Shown here in pieces: positions 9,927 through 19,801 of a DNA stretch of 64,000 bases. The notes under the pieces are model-generated. The model had not been told where the DNA came from, ran no database searches, and worked only from the letters and a program-made list of their open reading frames with translations. Within the stretch, counting starts at the first letter, position 1, and each line of letters opens with the position of its first letter. Source of the DNA: an uncultured Verrucomicrobiae bacterium. Lineage in GTDB: Bacteria; Chlamydiota; Chlamydiia; Chlamydiales; Rhabdochlamydiaceae. Location of the stretch: assembly GCA_963806855.1 (NCBI GenBank), contig CAWDYW010000002.1, positions 128,001 to 192,000 on the forward strand. Reading direction: 5' to 3'. The position numbers and the translations under genes were made by a program.

Positions 9927-11307
9927 TGGCCTATCCAAAGTTACAGCGCGGTTTAAAGTCACGCCACCTCAGCATGATTGCGCTGGGGGGGATCATCGGC
10001 TCCTCCTATTTCCTCGGAACCGGTTATGTGCTCAAACAGGTGGGCCCCGCTGCCTTCCTCGCCTATATTTTGGGAGGCTTCATCTCCTATTTGACCCTAG
10101 CTTGTTTGGCTGAGCTTGCGGTCTCCTCACCGTCACAAGGCTCATTTGTCAATTCGGCCGCGCGCTATATTTCTCCTGCTTGGGCCTGCGGCGTCGGGTG
10201 GTCCTATTGGTTCAACTGGGTGATCTATATCCCTTCGGAATGCATCGCCGGCGGACTCATCATGTCGAGTTTCGTTCCCGAAGTGCCGACCTATATGTGG
10301 GCAATGCTCTTTGGCGCGATCATCTCTTGGATCAACCTCTCTCATGTGAAGGCCTTTGGCGAGCTGGAATTTTGGCTCTCGCTCATCAAGATCGCCCTGC
10401 TGATTGGGTTTTGCATTCTGGCCGTTTTGATTTTTTTCGGATGGATTGGTCCTTCCACACATGAGCCAATCGGCACCAAGTATATTTTTGGCGATGGGGG
10501 GCTATTCCCCAACGGCTTCCTCGTCCTGTTTATCAACATGGTGATTTTGATGGCCAACTTCCAAGGGTCAGAAATCATCGGACTGACCGCTTCGGAATCG
10601 GAATCTCCAAAAAAAGCGATCCCCGCAGCACTCCAAAAGGTGGCCATCCGGATCATTGGACTCTACGTGATCCCGACGTTTCTCCTCGTCCTGATTTTGC
10701 CATGGCAAGAGGGGAGTGTACAGGGGAGCGCCTTCTCGCTCGCCTTGAAGAAATATGGGCTCACCCACGTAGCGCACGTGTTCAGCTTTCTGATCATCAC
10801 CGGATCGATTTCGAGTGCCAACAGCGGCCTCTACGCGACGATCAGAACCCTACTAGCCTTATTGAGAGGAGGATGGGCCCCAAATTTTTGACCCATGTGA
10901 ACAAAACCGGCGTCCCCACCTATGCCACTTTTGCGACGATCGCCGCTGTATGGATTTTGCTCATTTCGGCTTCAATGTTTCCCGCTCCAAATCTCTACGC
11001 CATGCTGCTGGCCACCTCAGGATTTACCGGGACCATTTGTTGGATTTCGATCTGCTGGGCACAGATTCGCTTCCGTCATCATTATCGAGAAAAGGGAGTG
11101 AAATTGACCTATAAAGTCCCTTTTTTCCCTTACCTGACCCACATTTCGATTTGGCTGCAAGTGGGAACCCTGTTAGTCGTCCTGCTAGAGCCACAGTTGC
11201 GTCCCGCCTTCTATTTTGGGGCCCCGGCGGTGATTGTGCCCATTCTTTGGTACAAGTGGAAGCATTCAAAATTAATAAATAAGAGGAGTCACCATGAAGG
11301 TAATTGA
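9926..11307 (+). CDS. APC-family amino acid permease, one frameshift near 10850-10873
   Basis: LKSRHLSMIALGGIIG, FGELEFW, FQGSEIIG; C-terminal part continues in ORF 10702-11307. Confidence 0.88.
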
Positions 11308-12956
11308 AGCGCTTGCATCAGCAATTGCAGCCGAGGGCATTGATCACGTTTTCGGCGTCATGGGCGATGCCAATCAGGATATGATTGTGGAATTGTGCGA
11401 AAAGCATGGCCTTAAGTTCGTTCACACGCATCACGAAACCAGCGCCGTCGGCATGGCGGACGGTTATACGCGCTTCTGTGGCAAGATAGGCCTTGCCACC
11501 ACCACGCAGGGCCCAGGCTATACCAACGCAACGACCTCTCTGGTGTCGGCTCGACTGCATCGATCGCCCGTATTGATGTTGGCAGGCCACACCTCATTGC
11601 GTGATCCCTACAATCCGCAAGGCATGGTCGATCAGCACGCACTGGCGAAGCTCACAACCGAAGCGACAGTGACAGTCAAGCACTCGAGCAATGTGGATTA
11701 CTGCCTTGGTGAAGCTTTCCGCCAGCTCAAAGCTAGGAAAGGTCCGTTTGTCTTCAACATGCCGCAGGACATCATGCAGACTGTCCTGCCAGATCAAAAA
11801 TGGACCTATCGTCCGATGTACAAGACGAAGGCGTTGCAGCCGCCGCGCCCGGATGACGTTGCCGAAGCTGCCAAGATCGTGTCTGGCGCTAAACGACCAA
11901 CCATTCTTTGCGGGCTTGGCGCCGCTCGGGGAAAGGCCGAGCCAGAGGTCCGGAAATTGGCCGAATATCTCGGCGCGCCAGTGGCCACGTCACTGCTGTC
12001 AGCAGGGTTTTGTTCACAGTATCCGCTTTATCTGGGCATCAGCGGCGGCCTGGGCTCAGAGCTTACAGTTGATGTGCTGGCCGAAAGCGATGTCATGATC
12101 GTCGTGGGGGCGAGCTTGAATGAGTGGACGACGCACTTCGGCAAGATCCTCGAAAATGGCAAGAAAATTATCCAGATCGATGACCGAGAGGATGCGTTCG
12201 GATGGTTTGCGCGGATTGCAGTCGGCCTGGAAGCTGACGCGAAAGTGGCCGTCGCGGCGTTGCTCGATCGGCTGAAGGAGAGCGGCAAGCCGGATCGCAA
12301 ACCGGATGCGGAGACAGTACAGAAAATCAAGCAATGGAAGCCGGCGACCGTGAATTACGACGACGGCAAGTGGGTCGACCCGCGCCGCGCTGCCGCCTAT
12401 CTGGAAGACAAGCTGCCGAAACGGGATCGCATTCTTGTTTTCGACGGCGGGCACTCTGCAATGGTAACCTGTCAGGCTATGAGCAGCCCCAACGCCTGAG
12501 AACTGGTCGATCGGACTGGATTTCGGAGCCATTGGGCAAGGCTTAGCCATTGCACTCGGCGCCTGCTTTGCGCGACCCGGCAAGCGAGTTACCCATCTCA
12601 CCGGGGATGCCTCGTTCATGATGAATGTGGCCGATTTCCATACCGCGGTCAGCCACAATCTGCCGCTCACCGTTTTCGTGTTCAACGACAACGCTGTCGG
12701 GCAGGAGCGGCATGACCTTGTCCACAAGGGCTTCCCGACGAAATATGCGGAAGTCGCTCAGCCAGATTTCGAAAAATTGGCCGTCGGTTTTGGCGCCAAG
12801 GGCTTTAGAGTCAACCGGCCCGAGGATTTCGGCGAGATCGACAAAGCGCTTGCCGTCGAAGAGGGGCCGGTGATCGTCAACGTGCGCATCAACGGTGATG
12901 TCGAATTGCCCGTCAGCTGGGAGATTGCGAAGGCCCTCGAAAACACCGGAGAATAG
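11294..12956 (+). CDS. Thiamine-pyrophosphate-binding enzyme (acetolactate synthase-like), frameshift near 12490
   Basis: HHETSAVGMADGY, GPGYTN; C-terminal DFGAIGQG and GDASFMM...NDN TPP motif in a shifted frame. Confidence 0.88.
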
Positions 12957-12986
12957 TCCGACTTGACCTAAGACCGAAAAGAGCCC
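12952..12986 (-). pseudogene. 35-bp relic of a 3'-proximal segment of the DMT gene
   Basis: 31/35 identical to 15109-15143; encodes GLFSVLGQVGL versus GLFSVLGQIGL. Confidence 0.75.
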
Positions 12987-13151
12987 ATTTCAACCTTCGA
13001 AATTCTAGTGCTTTTTTCTGTGAATTTCCCTATCATGTTTACCTGCGAGTAGTTGAGTCAAATTAATTGTTTTTCATTTGAAAATTTTGGCTATTTATTA
13101 TATAATTAATATAAATTAATTAAAAGAAAACTAAGTTCAGGAGATATTTTT

Positions 13152-14786
13152 ATGATGAGTGCAGTTTTAGGCTCAGGCAACCAACGTCTATGCTGGAGTA
13201 CGCTTTCAATAACTCAAAGGGAAACGGGCATCTCGCCGGAGCTATTGAGCGAGCTGGAATTTGACATTCCTCTAGAAAATTGGTCTCCTGAGAGAGAACA
13301 ACAGGTGAGAAACTTTTTTGCAGGCTGTCTGCTGGCAGCTTCAGCAGAGGAGTATCATCGACACGTATGGAGTCTTATCAACTCGTCGATGCTCCCCCTA
13401 CCTGTCAAGGCTATTGCCGAAAAAACTCTAAAAGTAGCGAGACTTCAAGAAATGACGATCCCCAGAGATGGAAGAGGTGAATACGAAGGCCCTGATTTTG
13501 AAGGTGTGGGCTGTGGGCATGAATATTGCGCTTACGAAGAAAAATTTGGATCTTGTTATAACAATTTAATTAACGAAGGCCTTGCACATTTAATGCACCC
13601 TGCGAGAATTGAAAAGCTGTTAAATAGTGGATTTATTAACAAAGACGATATTCTCTTGGCCGAAAGATTAATCTCTTACCGCTGTTATGGGGACCTTGGC
13701 TTTCGAGTTTCTGAACACGAGAGAGAGCTTATGCACATACAGCAGGAGCGGGATGATCTTGCTGCACAATTAACAACTCTTACTGAGCCAAATTATGTTG
13801 CAAACTTGCGAGAGGAGGACCTGTATTTAATACATGATACACCTTGCCGAAAATATGTGTGTGAGATCTTCAATAGCCTTCGTGAGCAAAACAAACTTCA
13901 CTTGCTCGATTTACCAGAAAATGAACTCTACGTGTACAAATGCAAAGGCGAGCTAGGGGGCCCCGTGCATCAGGAACTCGAGCGCTGGGCAAAGGCTTAC
14001 ATGAAAGAAATTGGTATGGGTGGTCTCCATTTTGGGGCAGTAGTGAAGCATCTTAAATCTTTAGCGAAAGGAGATCTTAACGCCCTTAAACGTCAATGTA
14101 TTGACGATGGATTAAGCGATCTCAATATGTCAATTGAATTTAAAGAAGGACAATTACATGAAGCCAAACAAAATTTGGCAAGCAGTTTGTCTCAGTTATC
14201 AACCTCTGGTGAACAATATCTTCCAGGAGACTTCTCCTTTTTAGGAGATGAAACAGTATGTAGAATCCTCACCAACGCTTATAAAGTTGTCGAGAAACTA
14301 CAGGCATGGTCGTTCTTTGATCTGGAGCCTCCGGCTGGTGACAAAGGATATATATTTTGCGATCATCCTATGGTAACTGCCATTAACTATGAGCTACGAT
14401 CTGATCGCCATACAGGAGTCTCTATGGGATTTTGTATGAGATGGATGCAAAAAATACGTAAAGAGGGCTGGAGCACTGTTGTTAATAAATCTCTCTCCAG
14501 TAATGTGGCAGGTTTGGGGATGCTAGAGCTCATGCGTGCCAAAGTTAATGAGATTGAAATCCAGGATGATGAAAGCGTTCCCGTTAAATTTCTTTGCCCC
14601 ATCACCGGAGAGTTGATACGCGATCCTGTCATTGCAATTGATGGACACACATATGAAAAATCGGCCCTTCTAATGTGGTTAGAACGTAATCCTAGCTCGC
14701 CAATTACGAGAAAGCCAATGACAAAAGATGATTTTAGACCCAATTATCATCTGCTTTCCGAAATTCAAAAGTGGGCAAAAAAATAA
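13152..14786 (+). CDS. U-box E3 ubiquitin-ligase-domain protein (putative effector)
   Basis: C-terminal VPVKFLCPITGELIRDPVIAIDGHTYEKSALLMWL...SPITR...PNYHLLSEIQKW. Confidence 0.9.
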   Translation: MMSAVLGSGNQRLCWSTLSITQRETGISPELLSELEFDIPLENWSPEREQQVRNFFAGCLLAASAEEYHRHVWSLINSSMLPLPVKAIAEKTLKVARLQEMTIPRDGRGEYEGPDFEGVGCGHEYCAYEEKFGSCYNNLINEGLAHLMHPARIEKLLNSGFINKDDILLAERLISYRCYGDLGFRVSEHERELMHIQQERDDLAAQLTTLTEPNYVANLREEDLYLIHDTPCRKYVCEIFNSLREQNKLHLLDLPENELYVYKCKGELGGPVHQELERWAKAYMKEIGMGGLHFGAVVKHLKSLAKGDLNALKRQCIDDGLSDLNMSIEFKEGQLHEAKQNLASSLSQLSTSGEQYLPGDFSFLGDETVCRILTNAYKVVEKLQAWSFFDLEPPAGDKGYIFCDHPMVTAINYELRSDRHTGVSMGFCMRWMQKIRKEGWSTVVNKSLSSNVAGLGMLELMRAKVNEIEIQDDESVPVKFLCPITGELIRDPVIAIDGHTYEKSALLMWLERNPSSPITRKPMTKDDFRPNYHLLSEIQKWAKK

Positions 14787-14789
14787 AGA

Positions 14790-14811
14790 TTATGGTTTTA
14801 CGGGTCGGCTC
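14790..14811 (-). pseudogene. Relic of the DMT gene 3' end
   Basis: Encodes SRPVKP* versus the current SRSVKP* at 14922-14943. Confidence 0.6.
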
Positions 14812-14833
14812 GAAGCACTCTTGAACGAGTTTA

Positions 14834-14919
14834 AACGCAAAGACGCAAAGACGCAAAAAATAAATTGTTTTTTTAAAAATTCCTTTTTTTGCGTCTTTGC
14901 GCCTTTGCGTCTTTGCGTT
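14834..14919. repeat. Palindromic element family B (ACGCAAAG-unit hairpin)
   Basis: Arms of tandem ACGCAAAG/CTTTGCGT around an AT-rich loop; other copies at 37387 and 42643. Confidence 0.9.
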
Positions 14920-14921
14920 GA

Positions 14922-15791
14922 TTAGGGTTTTACGGACCGGCTCTCAAACACGATCCAGAGGCCCGCTGCGACGATCAGCGCCATCCCGATGTAGAACATC
15001 GTATCAGGCACCACCCCCCAAAAGAGCCACTCGTAGAGCCCTGAAAAGACAACTGCGGAATAGGCGATAGGGGCAAGCTGGCGTGCTTTGCCAAGTTTTA
15101 GCCCATAAAATAGCCCGATTTGACCTAGGACCGAAAAGAGGCCGATCGACACGAGTCCTGCCAAAGTCCAAAGATTGTCCACTTTCCAGTTGGCAATCGC
15201 AAACGGGGCGGTGAGAAGAAGTCCGATCCCAAAAAAGTAGAAGGTGAACGTATAGAAAGATTCATGGCGGGTGCTGACGCGGGTGGTGACTAGCGAAATC
15301 GCCAGACAGATGCCCGACAAAAGGCCATAGAGGATCCCTAAATTCGCCTGCAATTTGGTCGGCTGGAGGATGAGAGCCACTCCGACAAACCCGAGGATAA
15401 TGGCGGGCCACACCTTGATATCGAGCGGGATCTTCAGCCATAGAAGAACGACGAAGGGGACGATGAGGGGAGCAGTATTGTTTAGCAAAGTGGCATCGAC
15501 GAGGGATATCTTCTGAATGCTTAAGAAAATGAAATAGAGATTAAGCAGCCCCATGATCGAGCGGAGCAAAAGGGCTTTGACGTTTTTCACTTCGAGTCCC
15601 TTGGGCCAGTGTTTGGCGATCCAGGGGAGGGCGACAACAAAGCCGAGGATGTTTCGAAAAAAGAGAATCGTTGAGAGATTGGTGTGATCCCCAAGCAACT
15701 TGCCGGCGGTGTATAGCGAGCTAAAACAGAGCCAGGCGAAGAGGCAGAGGATGATTCCCTTTTTTAGATTGTGATGGTGAAACAGCTCCAC
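14922..15791 (-). CDS. DMT/EamA family transporter
   Basis: 289 aa, about 10 TM segments in two EamA repeats. Confidence 0.9.
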   Translation of the reverse strand: MELFHHHNLKKGIILCLFAWLCFSSLYTAGKLLGDHTNLSTILFFRNILGFVVALPWIAKHWPKGLEVKNVKALLLRSIMGLLNLYFIFLSIQKISLVDATLLNNTAPLIVPFVVLLWLKIPLDIKVWPAIILGFVGVALILQPTKLQANLGILYGLLSGICLAISLVTTRVSTRHESFYTFTFYFFGIGLLLTAPFAIANWKVDNLWTLAGLVSIGLFSVLGQIGLFYGLKLGKARQLAPIAYSAVVFSGLYEWLFWGVVPDTMFYIGMALIVAAGLWIVFESRSVKP

Positions 15792-16177
15792 TACCGCTCT
15801 TCCTCGAGTTTCAGCGAAATCGAATTGATGCAGTACCGTTTTCCAGTCGGTTTTGGCCCATCATCAAATACATGCCCCAGATGGCTGTGGCAATTTGAAC
15901 AGAGCGCTTCGACGCGGGGATAGCCTAATTTGTTGTCTTCGCTGAATTCAAGATGATCGGCTTGGCATGGACGGACGAAACTGGGCCAGCCGCTGCCAGA
16001 ATCATACTTGTCTTCAGAGAAAAAGAGCTCCTGGCCGCACGCTGCGCATCGATAGACCCCGCGGGTTTTTGTATGATAGTATTTGCCTGAAAATGGGGGT
16101 TCGGTCCCTTTTTTGCGCAAGACACGGTACTCCTCAGGAGTTAACCTCTCTTTCCATTCTTCTTCCGATCGTTCCAT
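15791..16177 (-). CDS. msrB: Peptide-methionine (R)-S-oxide reductase
   Basis: GTEPPF, GSGWPSF, HLGHVFDDGP, RYCINS. Confidence 0.97.
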   Translation of the reverse strand: MERSEEEWKERLTPEEYRVLRKKGTEPPFSGKYYHTKTRGVYRCAACGQELFFSEDKYDSGSGWPSFVRPCQADHLEFSEDNKLGYPRVEALCSNCHSHLGHVFDDGPKPTGKRYCINSISLKLEEER

Positions 16178-16215
16178 GATTGATATATAATAAAAAGTAA
16201 CTTAAAAGGATAGTT

Positions 16216-17598
16216 ATGATGCGTAAAGAGACTGATTCCCTTGGCGACGTTCAGGTGCCTGCTGATAAGCTTTATGGAGCTCAGACGCAGCGCTCATTCC
16301 TCAATTTTCAGATTGGATCTGAGCGGATGCCCATCGAAGTGGTGCACGCTTTTGGGTTCATCAAGAAAGCTGCTGCCATCGTCAATGCCGAGCTGGGGCT
16401 CCTCTCGAAAGAGAAGCGGGACCTGATCGTCGAGGCTTGCGACGAGCTGATCGCCGGCAAGCTCGATGAGCACTTTCCTCTGGTGGTCTGGCAAACAGGC
16501 TCCGGCACTCAGACGAACATGAACGTCAACGAGGTGATCAGCAATTGGTGCATCAAAAAGGTGGGGGGACAGCTCGGGAGCAAAACGCCGATTCATCCCA
16601 ATGACGATGTCAACAAATCGCAAAGCTCGAATGACACCTTCCCAACGGCGATGCACATCGCTGCGATCCGCAAGGCCTATAAAAGTCTGATTCCCCATCT
16701 CGAAATGCTCCGGGACGCCCTTTTAGAAAAGGCGAAAGCCTTCAAAGATATCGTCAAAATCGGCCGGACCCATCTGATGGATGCGACCCCTTTGACCCTC
16801 GGCCAAGAGTTTTCCGCCTACGCGATGCAGATTGAAAATGGGATCCGCGCTGTGAAAAATGCGATCCCCGCCATCAGTGAAATCGCCTTAGGGGGAACAG
16901 CAGTCGGCACCGGGATCAACACCCACCCCAAATATGCGAAGAGGGTGGCGGAGGTGATCTCCGAGCTGACCGGTTACAAATTTGTCTCTGCGCCAAACAA
17001 ATTTGAGGCATTGGCCGCCAATGATGCGGTTGTGGAGATGAGCGGAGCCCTCAAGAGGCTCGCTTGCTCCTATATGAAAATCGGCAACGACATCCGCCTC
17101 CTTGCCTCCGGCCCCCGCTGTGGAATCGGGGAGATCACCCTGCCAGCCAATGAGCCAGGCTCTTCCATCATGCCAGGCAAAGTGAATCCGACCCAATGCG
17201 AGGCGATGACCATGGTCGCAGCGCAAGTGCTGGGTTACGACTGCACCATCGGAATCGCCGGATCGATGGGACAATTTGAACTCAACGTCTTCAAGCCCGT
17301 GATGATCTATAATTTGCTCCAGTCAATGCGGCTGCTTGGCGATATGGCGAGGAGCTTTGCCGAGAAATGTGTCAAAGGGATAGAACCAAATCGGGCCCGG
17401 ATTGAGCAGCATCTCGAAAATTCTCTGATGCTCGCTACAGCCCTCAACACTGTGATTGGCTATGACAAAGCGAGCCAAATCGTGAAGAAGGCCTACGAAG
17501 AGCACAAAACCCTAAAAGAGGCAGCGATGGAACTGAAATTACTGACAGCAAAAGAATTTGATGAGATCGTCGATCCGCGTAAAATGATCGGAGGGTAA
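16216..17598 (+). CDS. fumC: Class II fumarate hydratase
   Basis: [29 protein letters not shown]. Confidence 0.98.
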   Translation: MMRKETDSLGDVQVPADKLYGAQTQRSFLNFQIGSERMPIEVVHAFGFIKKAAAIVNAELGLLSKEKRDLIVEACDELIAGKLDEHFPLVVWQTGSGTQTNMNVNEVISNWCIKKVGGQLGSKTPIHPNDDVNKSQSSNDTFPTAMHIAAIRKAYKSLIPHLEMLRDALLEKAKAFKDIVKIGRTHLMDATPLTLGQEFSAYAMQIENGIRAVKNAIPAISEIALGGTAVGTGINTHPKYAKRVAEVISELTGYKFVSAPNKFEALAANDAVVEMSGALKRLACSYMKIGNDIRLLASGPRCGIGEITLPANEPGSSIMPGKVNPTQCEAMTMVAAQVLGYDCTIGIAGSMGQFELNVFKPVMIYNLLQSMRLLGDMARSFAEKCVKGIEPNRARIEQHLENSLMLATALNTVIGYDKASQIVKKAYEEHKTLKEAAMELKLLTAKEFDEIVDPRKMIGG

Positions 17599-18729
17599 AT
17601 GGATTTTCAGTCGTTTGAACTTTTTGCCTCTTTACCAATCGAAACCATCGAAAAAATCAAATCCTGTGCGAAGTCTTCCTATTTTGCTGCAGACGATTTT
17701 CTGGTTGTCGAAAATGAAAAAGGGTCCTCATTTTTCCTTATCGAAGAGGGTGAGGTTGAAATATTAAAGGATCAAATTCCCATTGGAATGCTACGGAAAG
17801 GGGATGTGCTCGGAGAAACTTCTCTCATTAATCGAGCGCGCACTGCATCTGCTAAAGCTAAAGGGGCAGTAACAGCAATTGAAATCTCAGTGCCCCCTCT
17901 GAAGAAGGAGCTGACACCGGCCCAATTCGCCGTACTTAAAAATGCGATTTTGGAAAAAGAGATCGATAAAATTTCAAATGTAAATAAAATTGCCGCTCTT
18001 TCAATACAACAGAATTTTGAAGATTTAAAGGCGAAAGAGCACATCGGCCAATTTATCGTCTATCTGCTCGCGTTCATTTTCATTTATGTTTTTGCGATTC
18101 AAAGTGTCATCGCCTTCAAGTTAAACATCGTCTCTAGTTCGATTATCAGCATCCCGATCCTACTCATTTTAGGAATCGCGATGTATTTGATGATGAAGCG
18201 GAGCGGATATCCATTAGAGACCTATGGATTTACCCTTAAAGGATGGAAAGGGGCCCTGATTGAATCGGCCCTCTTCACCATCCCCATCTTCATCTTCCTC
18301 ATCATTTTGAAGTGGGTGCTCATTCACACGGTGCATCAATTTTCTCATCTCACCCTCTTTCATATTTCCCCATCCTTAATGCCTGGTGAACATGTCAGTC
18401 ATCTCGAAGGAGCAATTCTTGTTATGGTCTATGCCCTCTTCGTTCCGGTGCAAGAAATGGTTTTCAGAGGTGCAATCCAAAGCTCTTTAGAGAAATTCCT
18501 TAGCAAGAAGAACAAGATTTCTTTTGCGATATTTGTTTCCAATATCCCCTATGCATTGATCCATTTCCATCTCTCTCTAATTTTAGTTGTCTTAGTCTAT
18601 TTCTTTGGCTCGTTTTGGGGGTGGATGTATTCAAGGCAAAAAACCTTGGTTGGCCCGGTGTTCTCCCACTTCATCGTCGGCTTGTTTGCCTTTTTCATTC
18701 TCGGGATTCAGGACATATTGGTGATTTAA
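17599..18729 (+). CDS. Cyclic-nucleotide-binding domain fused to a CPBP (Abi/CAAX) intramembrane protease-like domain
   Basis: GDVLGETSL...RTASAKA cNMP motif; QEMVFRG, YALIH, SHF in the membrane domain. Confidence 0.82.
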   Translation: MDFQSFELFASLPIETIEKIKSCAKSSYFAADDFLVVENEKGSSFFLIEEGEVEILKDQIPIGMLRKGDVLGETSLINRARTASAKAKGAVTAIEISVPPLKKELTPAQFAVLKNAILEKEIDKISNVNKIAALSIQQNFEDLKAKEHIGQFIVYLLAFIFIYVFAIQSVIAFKLNIVSSSIISIPILLILGIAMYLMMKRSGYPLETYGFTLKGWKGALIESALFTIPIFIFLIILKWVLIHTVHQFSHLTLFHISPSLMPGEHVSHLEGAILVMVYALFVPVQEMVFRGAIQSSLEKFLSKKNKISFAIFVSNIPYALIHFHLSLILVVLVYFFGSFWGWMYSRQKTLVGPVFSHFIVGLFAFFILGIQDILVI

Positions 18730-19310
18730 CGATTTATAACTCGACTCGCCCAAAAATGTGAATTTGGACCGCGCGAGCTTTCGCGTGGGTCCAAATTCAC
18801 ATTTTTGGGCGAGTCGAAGTTTAAATGAATCCCTATTCTAGTGAGCAGAAAGCGGATCACGAGCAATGGATGGCAGACCAAATACTGTAAAAATGTCCAA
18901 TAGGAGGTCTTCTCAATCTTCTTTTGCAGTACTTCTGGAGAAAAGAGCAGAGCGTCGTCGATCCAAGTCTTATAAAAGGGGACGAGCGTCTTAGGCAAGG
19001 CATCTAATGGGAAAAAGTCGATCGCGGCAGTCTCAGGCCCCGTCCTAGGAATGCCTTCAATCATCGAGCACTCATAAAAATGGGTCGGCCGAGTGAACTT
19101 ATTGGCCGGGATATAAAAAGCCACCTTTCGCTCGATTTTCAGTTTGAGCCCCGTCTCTTCTTCACCCTCCCTAAGGGCAGCCATTTCGGGCTCCTCGCCA
19201 GGCTCTATCCCGCCGCCGGGGAGGACCCATACCGGAATATCCCGCCGTTTGATGAGCAAAACCCCCCTTTTTTCCCTGTCAAAGATGATTGCGCAGACCG
19301 ATTCTTCCAT
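18726..19310 (-). CDS. NUDIX hydrolase with a repeat-derived C-terminal tail
   Basis: GGGIEPGEEPEMAALREGEEETG NUDIX box; last ~29 aa read through palindrome A. Confidence 0.9.
   Translation of the reverse strand: MEESVCAIIFDREKRGVLLIKRRDIPVWVLPGGGIEPGEEPEMAALREGEEETGLKLKIERKVAFYIPANKFTRPTHFYECSMIEGIPRTGPETAAIDFFPLDALPKTLVPFYKTWIDDALLFSPEVLQKKIEKTSYWTFLQYLVCHPLLVIRFLLTRIGIHLNFDSPKNVNLDPRESSRGPNSHFWASRVINR
18741..18817. mobile_element. Palindromic element family A (MITE-like), internally deleted copy
   Basis: CGACTCGCCCAAAAATGTGAATTTGGACC inverted ends; lacks the inner hairpin. Confidence 0.85.
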
Positions 19311-19354
19311 TTTTCCTTGAAAAAAGAGCTTTTTCCAGAGATTATAGGTGCTCC

Positions 19355-19801
19355 ATGAATTTAAAGGTATTTCTTCTACTCATTCTTTGCGCTGCATGTG
19401 GCAGGCCGACACTCGTTCTGCAACAGCAGCAGATCAGCCCCAACTACTTGGCCAGCACCAATGTGGGCACCCCCGATCCACGCACCCCGCCCAAGGGGCA
19501 AATGATCGTCGCCGAATGGTTCGTCCCGCGCAGAATCGTCAATGAAGAGCCAACCTTACGGCTCAGCATCCTCTTCCACAACTATACTCAAGACTGCGTC
19601 GAATTCCCCATCCGGAGTACCGTTGGCTACGAAACTTATTCGGTCCTCAATAGAGATTATAAAGAGAGCGGCGGCCTCTTGGCCTACAAAGCCGAAATCG
19701 TCACTTGCGATGGAGAAGTCCTAGCCGATTGGAAGCATCAGCTTTGGGTCGAGCTCATCACCATCGATACCGATGAAATCAACTCAGCCGTCGTCGAGTA
19801 G
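19355..19801 (+). CDS. Conserved chlamydial lipoprotein (probably CT303-like)
   Basis: Signal peptide with LCAAC lipobox; lies between ntpK and valS as in Chlamydia (assignment by synteny). Confidence 0.7.
   Translation: MNLKVFLLLILCAACGRPTLVLQQQQISPNYLASTNVGTPDPRTPPKGQMIVAEWFVPRRIVNEEPTLRLSILFHNYTQDCVEFPIRSTVGYETYSVLNRDYKESGGLLAYKAEIVTCDGEVLADWKHQLWVELITIDTDEINSAVVE

Noticed and set aside
14728..14925. 65-aa ORF containing KRKDAKTQK...LRLCV
   Set aside because: Translation of palindrome B overlapping the U-box gene end.
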